Positions 22,304 to 32,031 of a stretch of 64,000 nt of DNA are shown here, piece by piece. Below the pieces are notes generated by a model. It searched no databases, was not told the origin of the DNA, and saw nothing but the letters and a program-made list of their open reading frames with translations. The DNA is taken from assembly GCA_040765725.1 (NCBI GenBank), contig JAXGRQ010000003.1:81363-145362 (forward strand), in the 5' to 3' direction. Position numbers and translations under genes: made by a program. Source of the stretch: Syntrophales bacterium (lineage in GTDB: Bacteria; Desulfobacterota; Syntrophia; Syntrophales; UBA5619). How positions within the stretch are numbered: the first letter of the stretch is position 1; each line of letters begins with the position of its first letter.

Positions 22304-22792
22304 ATGGCTGAATTCACGAGAGCATTCATTCACGGTTTGGACAGCAGCAGCAGAGGAACAAAAGGGAGTTATTTCCGTAAGAGATACCCGGGAATGATCA
22401 TGGAGGACTATGCCGGTTCTCTGGAGGAAAGAATGGAAAAACTCAACGCGGACCTTGCCGGGAAGAAAAACCTGATCCTGGTCGGCTCGAGTTACGGGGG
22501 TCTGATGGCGGCGATGTTCGCCTGCAGTCAGGAACCCCTCGTCCGCCGTCTCATCCTTCTGGCCCCGGCCCTCATCCACGGTGATTTCAGTGCCAGCTTT
22601 GGACGACCGGTAAGGATTCCCGTTGTTCTATACCACGGTCGGCTGGACGATGTTGTCCAGCCGGAACCGACTCTACACATCGCCGAGCGCCTGTTTTCCC
22701 GTCTCGACCATCACCTTGTAGAAGACGACCACAACCTTCACCGGATCTTCCCGCTGTTGGATTGGAACGCTCTTCTGGAGATCGAGGGATAA
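22304..22792 (+). CDS. Small alpha/beta hydrolase (YqiA/UPF0227-like esterase)
   Basis: 162-aa ORF with FIHGLDSS, nucleophile elbow LVGSSYGG (GxSxG) and a late HH/D region. Confidence 0.6.
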   Translation: MAEFTRAFIHGLDSSSRGTKGSYFRKRYPGMIMEDYAGSLEERMEKLNADLAGKKNLILVGSSYGGLMAAMFACSQEPLVRRLILLAPALIHGDFSASFGRPVRIPVVLYHGRLDDVVQPEPTLHIAERLFSRLDHHLVEDDHNLHRIFPLLDWNALLEIEG

Positions 22793-22867
22793 GGATGAAG
22801 AACAAGGATTTGCTTGACAAGGCGGAGGGCATCCTTTAGCATCGCTTGCATTTCCGGAGAGGTTTTC

Positions 22868-23278
22868 ATGTACTCACGTAAAGTGGTCATCCGCTACCCG
22901 GCCGATTTCGCGGATAAACCGATCATCTACGAGCTGGTCAAACGCTACGACCTTCTGCTGAATATTCTCAAGGCAAGGATTTTCCCCCGAAGGGAAGGCG
23001 TCCTGGTTCTTGAATTGAGTGGCGAAAGGGAAAATTTCGACAACGGCATTCGCTACCTCAAGGGACTGGGACTCAACGTGGAACCGCTTTCCAAGAGCGT
23101 GAGCCAGAATGTCGACAAGTGCGTCCATTGCGGCGCCTGCACAGCCTTCTGCCCGACCTCCTCCCTCTATTTCGACCGAGAAACCTGGAAGGTGCTTTTC
23201 GAACCGGAGCGTTGCAACGGTTGTGAGCTCTGCGTCTCGGCATGCCCCGCCCGGGCGATGGAAGTCAACCTCTTTTAA
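22868..23278 (+). CDS. NIL-domain / 2x[4Fe-4S] ferredoxin-domain fusion protein
   Basis: N-terminal PIIYELVKRYDLLLNILKARI (NIL domain), then CVHCGACTAFCP and CNGCELCVSACP ferredoxin motifs. ATG at 22868; the ORF extends to 22814. Confidence 0.75.
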   Translation: MYSRKVVIRYPADFADKPIIYELVKRYDLLLNILKARIFPRREGVLVLELSGERENFDNGIRYLKGLGLNVEPLSKSVSQNVDKCVHCGACTAFCPTSSLYFDRETWKVLFEPERCNGCELCVSACPARAMEVNLF

Positions 23279-23338
23279 CACCCATACGCCGCCTTTCAGA
23301 TTTGGACGACTCTGCACAAATCGACGCGTCCGGAACCG

Positions 23339-23758
23339 TCAATGTCTTCGAGTGACATCGGTCTTGGAATCCGCCTTCAGAGTCTTTCCGGTATCATGGT
23401 CCTTCCCCTCAGCAGCTTTGCCCCGGTCGGCTCCATTGCTGAAAAACGTCTTCGCTTCATCGATCAGTTCCCTTCCCTTGTGGACCATCTCCCTGCCCTT
23501 CCGGAACGCCTCTTGCCCCCGATCCAGGGTACGGGTCATGTGCGTTCGGGTGCTCTCCAAGCCATCCTTCAGGCTGGCCGGCCGGCTTTCCGGATCTTTG
23601 ATGTAATAGATGCCGCCGGCAACAATGGCGATCAGAACCCCTATGAAAAGCAGCTTGACAAGGCTTTTGAGGAAAAAATAAAGGAGCAGCAGGAATGCGG
23701 AACAGATCAATAGTGCAACAAGAGGCTGCTCGTTCACGGTTCGAACGATACCTTCCAT
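23339..23758 (-). CDS. Hypothetical membrane protein
   Basis: 139-aa ORF with two predicted TM helices (LVALLICSAFLLLLYFF, LLFIGVLIAIVAGGIYY) and a charged helical tail. No family recognised. Confidence 0.45.
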   Translation of the reverse strand: MEGIVRTVNEQPLVALLICSAFLLLLYFFLKSLVKLLFIGVLIAIVAGGIYYIKDPESRPASLKDGLESTRTHMTRTLDRGQEAFRKGREMVHKGRELIDEAKTFFSNGADRGKAAEGKDHDTGKTLKADSKTDVTRRH

Positions 23759-23916
23759 GACTCACCTTCCCCCAAATGTGTTTTCATACTACAGGAAATC
23801 CGGATGAAAGGCCAGAAATCCTTTGCTCTTGACAGAAATCCTTTGCCTTGACAAAGACGCTGACCGTCGATTAGAGATGTGGAAATTTAACGATCAAGAC
23901 GTGAGACTTGGAGAAA

Positions 23917-25266
23917 ATGGAGGCTTTCACAGCAGGAAGGGATCATCAGGAGAAATCAAAGCCGATCCGGGTCGCGGTCGCCACGCTGGGCTGCAAGGTA
24001 AATCAATGCGAATCGGCCGGGATTGCCGAGGAGCTCACCCTGCATGGCATGACCCTGGTCCCTTTCGACGAAACGGCGGATTTCTATATCATCAACACCT
24101 GCAGCGTCACGTGCAGGACGGATTACCAATCGCGTCAACTCATCCGCCGGGCCACCCGGAGGAATCCGGCGGCAGCCATACTCGTCACGGGCTGTTACGC
24201 CCAGAGGGCGCCGGAGGAGATCGCCCGGATTCCCGGCGTACGCTTCATTGTCGGAAACGCTGAAAAAGATCGGATTCCCGATATCCTCCGGGAAATGACC
24301 TCCGTCGATCCGCAAACCCAGGTCGGTGAAATCCGCAAGGAACGAAGAATCTCCCGCCTGGGAGCCACTGTCTTCCCTGAACATACCAGGACGTTTCTGA
24401 AAATCCAGGACGGCTGCGACGCCTTCTGCAGCTATTGCATCATCCCCCATGTCAGGGGAAAATGCCGGAGTCTTCCCCGCGAAGAGGTTGAGGAGCGAAT
24501 CAAGGCTCTTGTCCTAAACGGCTACCGTGAGGTTGTCCTCACCGGAATCCACCTCGGCGCCTGGGGCTGCGATCTTAGGCCCCAGACAAACCTTGCGAGC
24601 CTCGTTCAACGGATCATCCAAGGACGAACCGTGGAACGCCTCCGTCTGAGTTCGGTGGAACCGCAAGAGGTCAGCGGCACCCTCATTTCCCTGTTGGGTT
24701 CCTCCCACACGATCTGCCGCCACCTTCATATCCCCCTCCAGAGCGGCAATGACGGGATCCTGGCCGCGATGCGCCGGAACTATACCGCGGCCTTCTTTTG
24801 TGACCTCTTGCGGAGGATGGACCAGGCTGTCCCCGGCATCGCCGTCGGAGTCGATGTGATGGCGGGCTTCCCCGGCGAAACGGAGAGCGCCTTTTCCGAC
24901 ACGCTGCATTTGATTGAAGAGAGCCCTATCGCATATCTCCACGTCTTTCCCTACTCCCGTCGCCCGGGAACGCCCGCGGCGGCGATGTCGGAACAGGTTC
25001 CCGAGGAAGTGAAAAGGCGGCGTGCGGAGCGACTCCGGGCGGTCGGCGCGGAAAAGCGGCGGGGATTTGCCGAACGGTTCATCGGATCGCCGCTGAACGT
25101 TCTCGTCGAGCGCAGGACTGATCCGGCAACCGGCTTCCCCATCGGTTTTTCCGACAACTACATTCCCGTAGCCGTCCGGGGAAACGTCACCACCAATACG
25201 ATCGTTCGGGCTATGCCTTTCCGGTATCATGAAGGCCTACTGATGGCTGATGTGATCCCCGAATGA
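23917..25266 (+). CDS. mtaB: tRNA t6A37 methylthiotransferase (MtaB-type radical SAM MTTase)
   Basis: UPF0004 N-domain (VATLGCKVNQCES), radical-SAM CDAFCSYC (Cx3Cx2C) and C-terminal TRAM. ATG at 23917; an upstream TTG at 23908 is possible. Confidence 0.85.
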   Translation: MEAFTAGRDHQEKSKPIRVAVATLGCKVNQCESAGIAEELTLHGMTLVPFDETADFYIINTCSVTCRTDYQSRQLIRRATRRNPAAAILVTGCYAQRAPEEIARIPGVRFIVGNAEKDRIPDILREMTSVDPQTQVGEIRKERRISRLGATVFPEHTRTFLKIQDGCDAFCSYCIIPHVRGKCRSLPREEVEERIKALVLNGYREVVLTGIHLGAWGCDLRPQTNLASLVQRIIQGRTVERLRLSSVEPQEVSGTLISLLGSSHTICRHLHIPLQSGNDGILAAMRRNYTAAFFCDLLRRMDQAVPGIAVGVDVMAGFPGETESAFSDTLHLIEESPIAYLHVFPYSRRPGTPAAAMSEQVPEEVKRRRAERLRAVGAEKRRGFAERFIGSPLNVLVERRTDPATGFPIGFSDNYIPVAVRGNVTTNTIVRAMPFRYHEGLLMADVIPE

Positions 25267-25296
25267 TCGGAACGAAGAATTGACGGGATATCGGAA

Positions 25297-26013
25297 ATGA
25301 CCCTGCAGGAGAAAAGACATCGCGCGTTGATCGCGCTGGAAAAGAACCTCGGCTGGCACTTCTCGGACATCCGTCTGCTGGACAATGCCCTGACACACCG
25401 TTCCTTTGTCAACGAAACCGACACCCCCTCCTGCAGAGACAACGAACGGCTTGAGTTTCTGGGAGATGCGGTACTGGAACTGACCATCAGCGACATGCTG
25501 ATCCGGAAATTTCCCGATCATACCGAAGGACAGCTTTCCAAATTGAGGGCCTCCGTCGTCAACGAACAGCCGCTCGCAGAACTGGCTCGCCGTTTCAAAA
25601 TTGGGGAATATCTGCTGCTCGGAAAAGGCGAAGCGGATTCGGGCGGACGGGCGAAACCATCGCTGCTGGCGGATGCATTCGAATCGATCATCGCCGCGAT
25701 GTACCTCGACGGGGGATATGACCGAACTGCCGAATTTGTCGATCGGCTCTTCGGACCGCTCATCGATGGGGACAATCTCCCCGAGGTCTATCGGGATTAT
25801 AAAACCGCCGTTCAGGAGGCAAGTCAGCTCCTCTACCGGGAGATGCCCCGCTACGTGATCATCTCTGAAACCGGACCGGATCACGATAAGCGTTTCGAAA
25901 CGAATCTGATGATCGGTGAAAACGTTATCGCATCGGGGGTTGGTAAAAGCAAAAAAGAGGCTGAACAGCAGGCAGCCAGGATCGCGTTGGATAAGCTCCG
26001 GAAGGCCACATGA
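25297..26013 (+). CDS. rnc: Ribonuclease III
   Basis: RNase III signature NERLEFLGDAVLEL, and C-terminal dsRBD with GVGKSKKEAEQQAARIAL. Confidence 0.95.
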   Translation: MTLQEKRHRALIALEKNLGWHFSDIRLLDNALTHRSFVNETDTPSCRDNERLEFLGDAVLELTISDMLIRKFPDHTEGQLSKLRASVVNEQPLAELARRFKIGEYLLLGKGEADSGGRAKPSLLADAFESIIAAMYLDGGYDRTAEFVDRLFGPLIDGDNLPEVYRDYKTAVQEASQLLYREMPRYVIISETGPDHDKRFETNLMIGENVIASGVGKSKKEAEQQAARIALDKLRKAT

Positions 26014-27143
26014 TCATCCCCTTTTTCCTGATGAACCGAGGCTGCCCCCAGCGCTGTATTTTCTGCAATGAACGCCTGACGGCAGGAAGCCGGTCGGGTC
26101 GGATCACGGGGGAGGCTTTTTCAGCGAACGTCCGCGCACACCTGGAAAAGGCAGGCAGAAGCCGCGGCTCAGGACAACGCCCCCCTCAGATCGCCTTCTA
26201 CGGCGGAACCTTTACCGGCATGGAACGACGGGTACAGCAGCGTCTGCTGAACCTGTCCGGACCCTTTCTCCAAGACGGAAGGGTGGACGGCATCCGGATT
26301 TCGACGCGCCCGGGTGGAATCGACGCTGAATACCTCGATGACCTGAAGGCAAGCGGCGTCAAGACGGTTGAGGTGGGGGCGCAGTCGCTGGACGACAGGG
26401 TCCTTCTCTGCACGCGGCGCGGTCACACGGAGGCCGACGTTTCCCGGACCATCCGTCTTCTGAAAGAGAAAAATCTGGAGACGGGAATCCATCTGATGGC
26501 CGGCTTGCCCGGAGACAGCCCCAAACGTTTTGCCGCAACCGTAAGAAAAACGATCGATCTTCGGCCCGATATGGTCCGGATTCACCCGACCCTCGTTCTG
26601 AAGGATACCCCCCTCGCCGAAAAATTCCAACGGGGAGAGTACAGCCCTCTCAGCCTTCCGGAGGCGATTGATCTTTGCAAGGATGCACTCAAGACATTTG
26701 CCGGCGCCGGGATCCCGGTCATTCGCCTCGGTCTCCAGACAACCCGGGAAATGGAAGAGCCGGGAGCCGTGGTCGGAGGACCTTTTCACCCGGCTTTTCG
26801 TTCACTGGTTGAAGCCTCCCTCTTTCTGGAGATGGCCGTCGCACTTCTCTCCTATGTCGGAGGAAATGACGGCAACCCGGAATTTCCCCTTCTTCGAAAC
26901 GGCTCTGCTGTTCCCCGCTTTACAGTTTCCCCGTCCGATATCTCGAGTTTCCGCGGACAGAAAAACGAAAACATGGTTTCTTTGAAGAAACGCTTTCATT
27001 TCCAGCAGATCGACATCCAATCGGACGCTCACCTGCCGCGGCATACCCTCGTTTTGACGGCAAATGGGAAACAGCTGCGCACCGATTTTACCGGGAAGAT
27101 CGACATCTGCCGGGCAGACTCTATGAACCCTTGGCGGCGGTAA
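26010..27143 (+). CDS. Radical SAM protein, ELP3-like catalytic domain without GNAT domain
   Basis: CPQRCIFC (Cx3Cx2C) at residues 12-19. FYGGTFTG, VEVGAQSLDD and HLMAGLPGDS are typical of the ELP3/HemN-like radical SAM core. ATG overlaps the rnc stop (ATGA). Confidence 0.8.
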   Translation: MIIPFFLMNRGCPQRCIFCNERLTAGSRSGRITGEAFSANVRAHLEKAGRSRGSGQRPPQIAFYGGTFTGMERRVQQRLLNLSGPFLQDGRVDGIRISTRPGGIDAEYLDDLKASGVKTVEVGAQSLDDRVLLCTRRGHTEADVSRTIRLLKEKNLETGIHLMAGLPGDSPKRFAATVRKTIDLRPDMVRIHPTLVLKDTPLAEKFQRGEYSPLSLPEAIDLCKDALKTFAGAGIPVIRLGLQTTREMEEPGAVVGGPFHPAFRSLVEASLFLEMAVALLSYVGGNDGNPEFPLLRNGSAVPRFTVSPSDISSFRGQKNENMVSLKKRFHFQQIDIQSDAHLPRHTLVLTANGKQLRTDFTGKIDICRADSMNPWRR

Positions 27144-27804
27144 CCAGCAGTTTTTGCCCCGGGTGAATGGGTTGATCCGGACTCATCCGGTTCAGATTTC
27201 GAAGGGCATCCACGGTAAGTCCATACTTCATGGCGATTCGATAGAGCGTCTCGCCTCGAGCCACCACATGATATTTGGGGCTGTTTTCCTCAACACGCTG
27301 TGCCGCGGCGGTTCTGTCGGCCCGGGGTTCTTTCACTGCCGAATCCGTCTTCTGCTGCAGCAGTTCCACTTTCTTCGTCAGCAAATCGAGTTTTTGCGAT
27401 GTTGTTTTATCCGCATCCGTGGTGGCTGCGAGATCCTTGCCGACGGTATTTTTCTGCGCCCGGACCTCGGCGGTCATTCTCTCCTGCATTCCTTCCAGAT
27501 CATGAAGCCGCGCTTCAATACGATCCAGACGGTTCATCACTGTATTGAAATCGGCCTTCGAAGGATCCTTTTTCCCCGATGATAAAAAGGCCACCATGAA
27601 AAGGACGATGAGAATGATTACCCATACGATAAAACCGGGCTTTTTTATAAAATTCCAAAACTGAAAACGATCGTGGCGCCTGTGATCGATGTCGCTCTCG
27701 TCCGGTTCGGGCTTTTCCAGTTTTATGGCGTCGGCATATTCGATCTTATCGATCATCGGCTCTTCTCGCATCATTCGTTCCTTTCGGTGAACAGATCTCG
27801 TCAT
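27121..27804 (-). CDS. Membrane-anchored coiled-coil protein with C-terminal LysM domain
   Basis: One TM helix (FIVWVIILIVLFMVAFL), a heptad-like middle and LysM (YHVVARGETLYRIAMKYGLTVDALRNLN). Its 3' end overlaps the convergent radical SAM gene by 23 nt. Confidence 0.7.
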   Translation of the reverse strand: MTRSVHRKERMMREEPMIDKIEYADAIKLEKPEPDESDIDHRRHDRFQFWNFIKKPGFIVWVIILIVLFMVAFLSSGKKDPSKADFNTVMNRLDRIEARLHDLEGMQERMTAEVRAQKNTVGKDLAATTDADKTTSQKLDLLTKKVELLQQKTDSAVKEPRADRTAAAQRVEENSPKYHVVARGETLYRIAMKYGLTVDALRNLNRMSPDQPIHPGQKLLVTAAKGS

Positions 27805-27878
27805 TGATTATAGGCGGGAAGACGCTTCGGGTCAACCTTGGAGTTGACACCTTGGAGTTGATGCCTTAGAGATGACAC

Positions 27879-28409
27879 CTATGAGATTTGATTGACTTTG
27901 AAATCCTTGCCTTTCAAGTACCATTCCATGAAATATCCGATCGCGATAAACAGCGGCAACGATACCGCCGTTCGGGCCAACGTAAATTGAATCCCCAGAT
28001 AGCCGATTTCCATTCCCAGCATGGGAATTTTTAAGGAGGAAAACGCCCCCAGGTAAATGAAGATATTCTTAATGCTGGCACCTTTCTTAAAGAGGATATA
28101 GGCAACCGGGAATGCCCCGTACAGAGGACCGGCCTGCAGCATGGCCATGACGATCACGATCAGCATCCCCTTGATCCCCGATTCCTGGCCGATGTGTTTT
28201 TCAACCTGCTCCTTGGGGAACCACGCATCGAACAGCCCGACAATGATGAACAAAAAGGGTATGAACGTGACCATTTCGATGAAGAATTGGGTGAAATTTC
28301 GGAAAATTTCCTTCCCCGGTTTGAAACCAAACGCAAAGGAGGCCAGTGTGAAGACCAGGTAAACGAAAAGCCAAACGTACCGTTTTTTCTTCCGGAGAAT
28401 TCGAATCAT
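27879..28409 (-). CDS. Permease subunit, second half of a split ArsP/DUF318-type two-component permease
   Basis: 177 aa from MIRILRKKKRYVWLF, with about 5 TM helices. ATG overlaps the stop of the upstream half (ATGA at 28406-28409). The N-terminal 126 codons of the tracked ORF are Arg/Gly-rich and overlap the upstream gene. Confidence 0.7.
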   Translation of the reverse strand: MIRILRKKKRYVWLFVYLVFTLASFAFGFKPGKEIFRNFTQFFIEMVTFIPFLFIIVGLFDAWFPKEQVEKHIGQESGIKGMLIVIVMAMLQAGPLYGAFPVAYILFKKGASIKNIFIYLGAFSSLKIPMLGMEIGYLGIQFTLARTAVSLPLFIAIGYFMEWYLKGKDFKVNQIS

Positions 28410-28888
28410 AGCACCAGCCCCACGAATGTACCGATTACGACCGCGGCGATGAAACTCAGCACATTCCTCACGACGGCAACCGACTTGCCGAAAAACGCGA
28501 TCTCCAGAGGCAGGGTCACCACCCCGACCATCATCAGGGTCGTCATGAAGGTGGCCACGACGGTATAAGACGCCCCCTCCTGGATCAAAACGGAGGCAAC
28601 CGGGTAGGAAATAAATCCGGGAATTAAGGTCACGGAGCCGACAACGGCTGCAATCGCTTGCCCTCCGCAACCGGATTCCGGGCCTAAATATTTCAAGATC
28701 AGCACGGGTGGCACAAGATACAATGCCATACCGATCAAGATCAGGATGTTCAGGAAGGGAAAGGCAATGTTTTGGAACATCCTCCACCCCTTTTTCAGTC
28801 CCATCATCGTCTTCTTCCGGTCCAGCAAAAAAGAGAGCAGCGTCAGCAGCAGGGAAACGATAATAAAATAATACGCGTTATTGATCAT
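28406..28888 (-). CDS. Permease subunit, first half of a split ArsP/DUF318-type two-component permease
   Basis: 160 aa from MINNAYYFIIVSLLL, with about 5 TM helices and a GPESGCGGQ motif. The ORF extends to 28987. Confidence 0.7.
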   Translation of the reverse strand: MINNAYYFIIVSLLLTLLSFLLDRKKTMMGLKKGWRMFQNIAFPFLNILILIGMALYLVPPVLILKYLGPESGCGGQAIAAVVGSVTLIPGFISYPVASVLIQEGASYTVVATFMTTLMMVGVVTLPLEIAFFGKSVAVVRNVLSFIAAVVIGTFVGLVL

Positions 28889-29023
28889 AAGGACCTCGAG
28901 TTGACGGGAGCGAATCCCGGTTTGAAGGGGAAAATGAGACATCCATGCCGTATCTGTCCCCGGTGTTGACGGTTCCCCCTTCGACATTTCCGACCGGCAT
29001 CATCGTCCCGTTCCTTCTCCTTT

Positions 29024-29425
29024 TTAAAATTTTTTTGTTGGTTTTCTGCAACGCGGGCATGTGGTTCTGCTTTTCGAATCCGGAAAATCGACGGCACAAT
29101 GACAGCGGGGACATCGTGCCGCTTCACCGGCCTTGATGGAAACCGGACCTCCTTCGATCCGAAGGATTTTCCCGTTGACGAGGACGTCTGCCACCTTCCG
29201 GCGCGCCGCTCCGACAATTCTGCCGAATGTTTGACGCGAAATCGTCATCCGGGAAGCGGCCTCTTCCTGATACAACCCTTGAAGGTCCGCCAGCCGCAGA
29301 GCCTCATATTCGTCCAGGCTCAAAAGGACCTCCTCGGGGCACGACGATGAAGTGACCCCTTCCGGCCGGAAACGGGTTTTGTAGGGCATAACACCCACCT
29401 GTCTGCAACATTTCGGCCTGGGCAT
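29024..29425 (-). CDS. DUF134 (UPF0251) putative DNA-binding protein with C-terminal zinc ribbon
   Basis: MPRPKCCRQV...LSLDEYEALRLADLQGLYQEEAASRMTISRQTFGRIVGAARRKVADVLVNGK is the DUF134 core. The tail carries CPRC-x15-CPRC. Confidence 0.75.
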   Translation of the reverse strand: MPRPKCCRQVGVMPYKTRFRPEGVTSSSCPEEVLLSLDEYEALRLADLQGLYQEEAASRMTISRQTFGRIVGAARRKVADVLVNGKILRIEGGPVSIKAGEAARCPRCHCAVDFPDSKSRTTCPRCRKPTKKF

Positions 29426-29613
29426 AACCGTTCTCCGTCTCTTTCCTTATAAGCATATGCTCATAATGTGTCAAGCGGGGGCATTCTCGATCTTGAGTTT
29501 CGGATATTGAGTTTCGGATTGACATCTTCACCGTATTCGACCACTATGTCGTCCAAACAGCCGCGCCCCATAGATCTTGCGCGTCGCATCCGCCGATTCA
29601 TCGGGAGTGAAAG

Positions 29614-30519
29614 ATGTTCAAATCGGGTTTTATCAGCATCATCGGCCGGCCCAACGTGGGAAAATCGACACTTCTCAACGCGATCGTCGGGGAGCGGATC
29701 GCCATCACCACCCACAAGCCCCAGACGACGCGGAACAAGATCGTAGGAATTCGAAATCTCACAGAACCGCAGGCGGCCCAGATGATCTTTCTGGATACGC
29801 CGGGCATCCACCGGGCGGAGACCCCCCTCAACCGGGCGATGGTCGAGACGGCAACGGCTACTTTCCGAAGCGTCGACCTGCTGCTGATGCTGACCGAGGC
29901 CTCCGCCGCTGCTCATTCGGAAGACCGTATGATCCTCGGATTTCTCCGTGAAACCGTCATCCCGGTCTTTCTGGTCATCAACAAGATCGATCTTGTGGAC
30001 GCGCCGCGTCTGCTGCCGATGATCGAAAGGTACCGGAAGCTTTTCCCCTTCCGGGAAATCCTGCCGGTTTCCGCCCTGAAGATCCGGGGCATCGACATCT
30101 TGATCGGGGAAATCCTGAAACTCCTCCCCGAAGGGCCGAGGTACTTTCCCGAGGAGATCATGACGGACCGTTCCGAACGGTTCATTGCCGCCGAAATCAT
30201 CCGGGAAAAGATCACCCTGCGCACCCGTCAGGAAATCCCCTATGCGACCGCCGTCGTCATCGACGCCTTCAAGGAGGATGAATCGAAAAATCTGATCCGG
30301 ATTTCGGCAACGATCCATGTTGAAAAAGATTCACAAAAGGGGATCATCATCGGCAAGAACGGATCCATGCTCAAAGAAATCGGCACCAGGGCCCGTCTTG
30401 ACCTGGAGAGTTTCTTCGCCGCGAAGGTTTTCCTGGAGCTTTACGTTCGCGTCGCCAAGGACTGGACCCATGACCCCAGACTGCTTCACGAGTTCGGTTA
30501 CGGGGAGCGGAAACCATGA
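29614..30519 (+). CDS. era: GTPase Era
   Basis: G1 GRPNVGKSTLLN, G3 DTPG, G4 NKID and a C-terminal KH domain (KGIIIGKNGSMLKEIG). Confidence 0.95.
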   Translation: MFKSGFISIIGRPNVGKSTLLNAIVGERIAITTHKPQTTRNKIVGIRNLTEPQAAQMIFLDTPGIHRAETPLNRAMVETATATFRSVDLLLMLTEASAAAHSEDRMILGFLRETVIPVFLVINKIDLVDAPRLLPMIERYRKLFPFREILPVSALKIRGIDILIGEILKLLPEGPRYFPEEIMTDRSERFIAAEIIREKITLRTRQEIPYATAVVIDAFKEDESKNLIRISATIHVEKDSQKGIIIGKNGSMLKEIGTRARLDLESFFAAKVFLELYVRVAKDWTHDPRLLHEFGYGERKP

Positions 30520-30532
30520 TTCTGCGGGGCTA

Positions 30533-31855
30533 ATGTTCATGAAACCCGTCATCGCAATCATCGGCCGACCCAACGTCGGCAAATCCACGTTGTTCAACCG
30601 CCTTTCGAGCCGGAGCAAGGCCATCGTCATCGATGAACCGGGCGCCACAAGGGACCGCAACTATTCGGACTGCGAATGGAACGATCGTCCGTTTACGCTG
30701 ATCGACACGGGCGGCTTCGAACCGACATCGGTCGTGGAGATCCTCGTCCAGATGCGCGAACAGACCAAGCTGGCGGTCGAGGAAGCGGATTTCATCCTTT
30801 TTGTCATGGACGGCCGCGACGGTCTGACGCCCTCCGATCAGCAGATCGCCCGTATGTTGCGGATGACGGACAAGAGAGTCTTTTTCGTGGTGAACAAGAT
30901 TGACGGCCCCCGCCACGAATCGCTGATTTCCGAATTCTACCGCCTCGGGATCGAAAAACTCTATGCCATCTCAGCGAAGCACGGAGAAGGTCTCGACGAC
31001 CTGATGGATGAGTTGGCGGAAAACCTCCCGGCCGACGGACCGGGGCAGGAAACGGAGGATGACCGGATCCGGATCGCCGTGGTCGGCCGGCCCAATGTGG
31101 GCAAGTCTTCGCTGGTCAACCGGATCCTCGGCTACGAGCGCACGATCGCAAACCCCGTGCCGGGAACCACACGGGATGCCATCGACACCCCGTTTACCCG
31201 CGACGGGCAGAATTTTCTGCTGATCGATACCGCCGGAATCCGTCGGAAGAGCCGGATCAGCCTTACGCTCGAGAGATACACCATTGTTCAGGCCATCCGG
31301 GCGATTGACCATGCCGATATTGCGCTGCTGCTTCTTGACGCCCGAGAGGGAATGAGCGACCAGGACACCAAGATTGCCGGTCTCACCGTGGAAAGGGGAA
31401 CCGCCTGCATCTTTGTCGTGAACAAGTGGGATCTGATCGAAAAAGACAACCGCACTTTCGGCGAATACATCGAGAAGATCCGCTACCAATCGAGGTTCAT
31501 CGAGTATGCACCGATCCTTTTCGTCTCTGCCATGTCCGGACAGAGGGTCACAAAGATCTTCGCCCTGGTCAAACGGGTTTATGCCCAGTATACCAGGCGC
31601 ATCGAAACCGGTGATCTGAACCGGAAGATCCGTGACATCATCGAGCGGAATCCGCCGCCCGGACGCCGCAGCCGACCGCATCTCTTCAATTACATCACGC
31701 AAGTCGCCGTCAAGCCGCCGACCTTTGTGCTGTTCGTCAGCGACCCCGGCGCCGTTCATTTCTCGTACGAACGATATCTGGCCAACCGGATCCGGGAGGC
31801 CTTCGGGTTTGAAGAGGTCCCGATCCGCCTCTTTTTCAGGAAAAAGGGAGGCTGA
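30533..31855 (+). CDS. der: Ribosome-associated GTPase Der (EngA)
   Basis: Two tandem GTPase domains (GRPNVGKSTLFN and GRPNVGKSSLVN, each with DTGG/DTAG and NKxD) plus a KH-like C-terminus. ATG at 30533; the ORF extends upstream into era. Confidence 0.95.
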   Translation: MFMKPVIAIIGRPNVGKSTLFNRLSSRSKAIVIDEPGATRDRNYSDCEWNDRPFTLIDTGGFEPTSVVEILVQMREQTKLAVEEADFILFVMDGRDGLTPSDQQIARMLRMTDKRVFFVVNKIDGPRHESLISEFYRLGIEKLYAISAKHGEGLDDLMDELAENLPADGPGQETEDDRIRIAVVGRPNVGKSSLVNRILGYERTIANPVPGTTRDAIDTPFTRDGQNFLLIDTAGIRRKSRISLTLERYTIVQAIRAIDHADIALLLLDAREGMSDQDTKIAGLTVERGTACIFVVNKWDLIEKDNRTFGEYIEKIRYQSRFIEYAPILFVSAMSGQRVTKIFALVKRVYAQYTRRIETGDLNRKIRDIIERNPPPGRRSRPHLFNYITQVAVKPPTFVLFVSDPGAVHFSYERYLANRIREAFGFEEVPIRLFFRKKGG

Positions 31856-32031
31856 ACGCAGTGCGGTTATCGAAATCTCCTTGATCATCCCAACCCAAAA
31901 AGGATATAAGCCCCTGTCCCTATCGACCGTTCGGGGTTTTGGCCCGAACGCCTTCCCCGAGCGGACGGATGGGCTCCTTCAGAATTTTTGACGGCTGAGC
32001 AACCGCCGGTCAAACAAAAGCAGAGGCATTT

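Noticed and set aside
28410-28787. N-terminal 126 codons of tracked ORF 27879-28787 (MEDVPKHCLSLPEH...).
   Set aside because: They overlap the upstream half-permease in another frame and are Arg/Gly/Asp-rich. A proper ATG with ATGA coupling at 28409 gives a normal TM protein.
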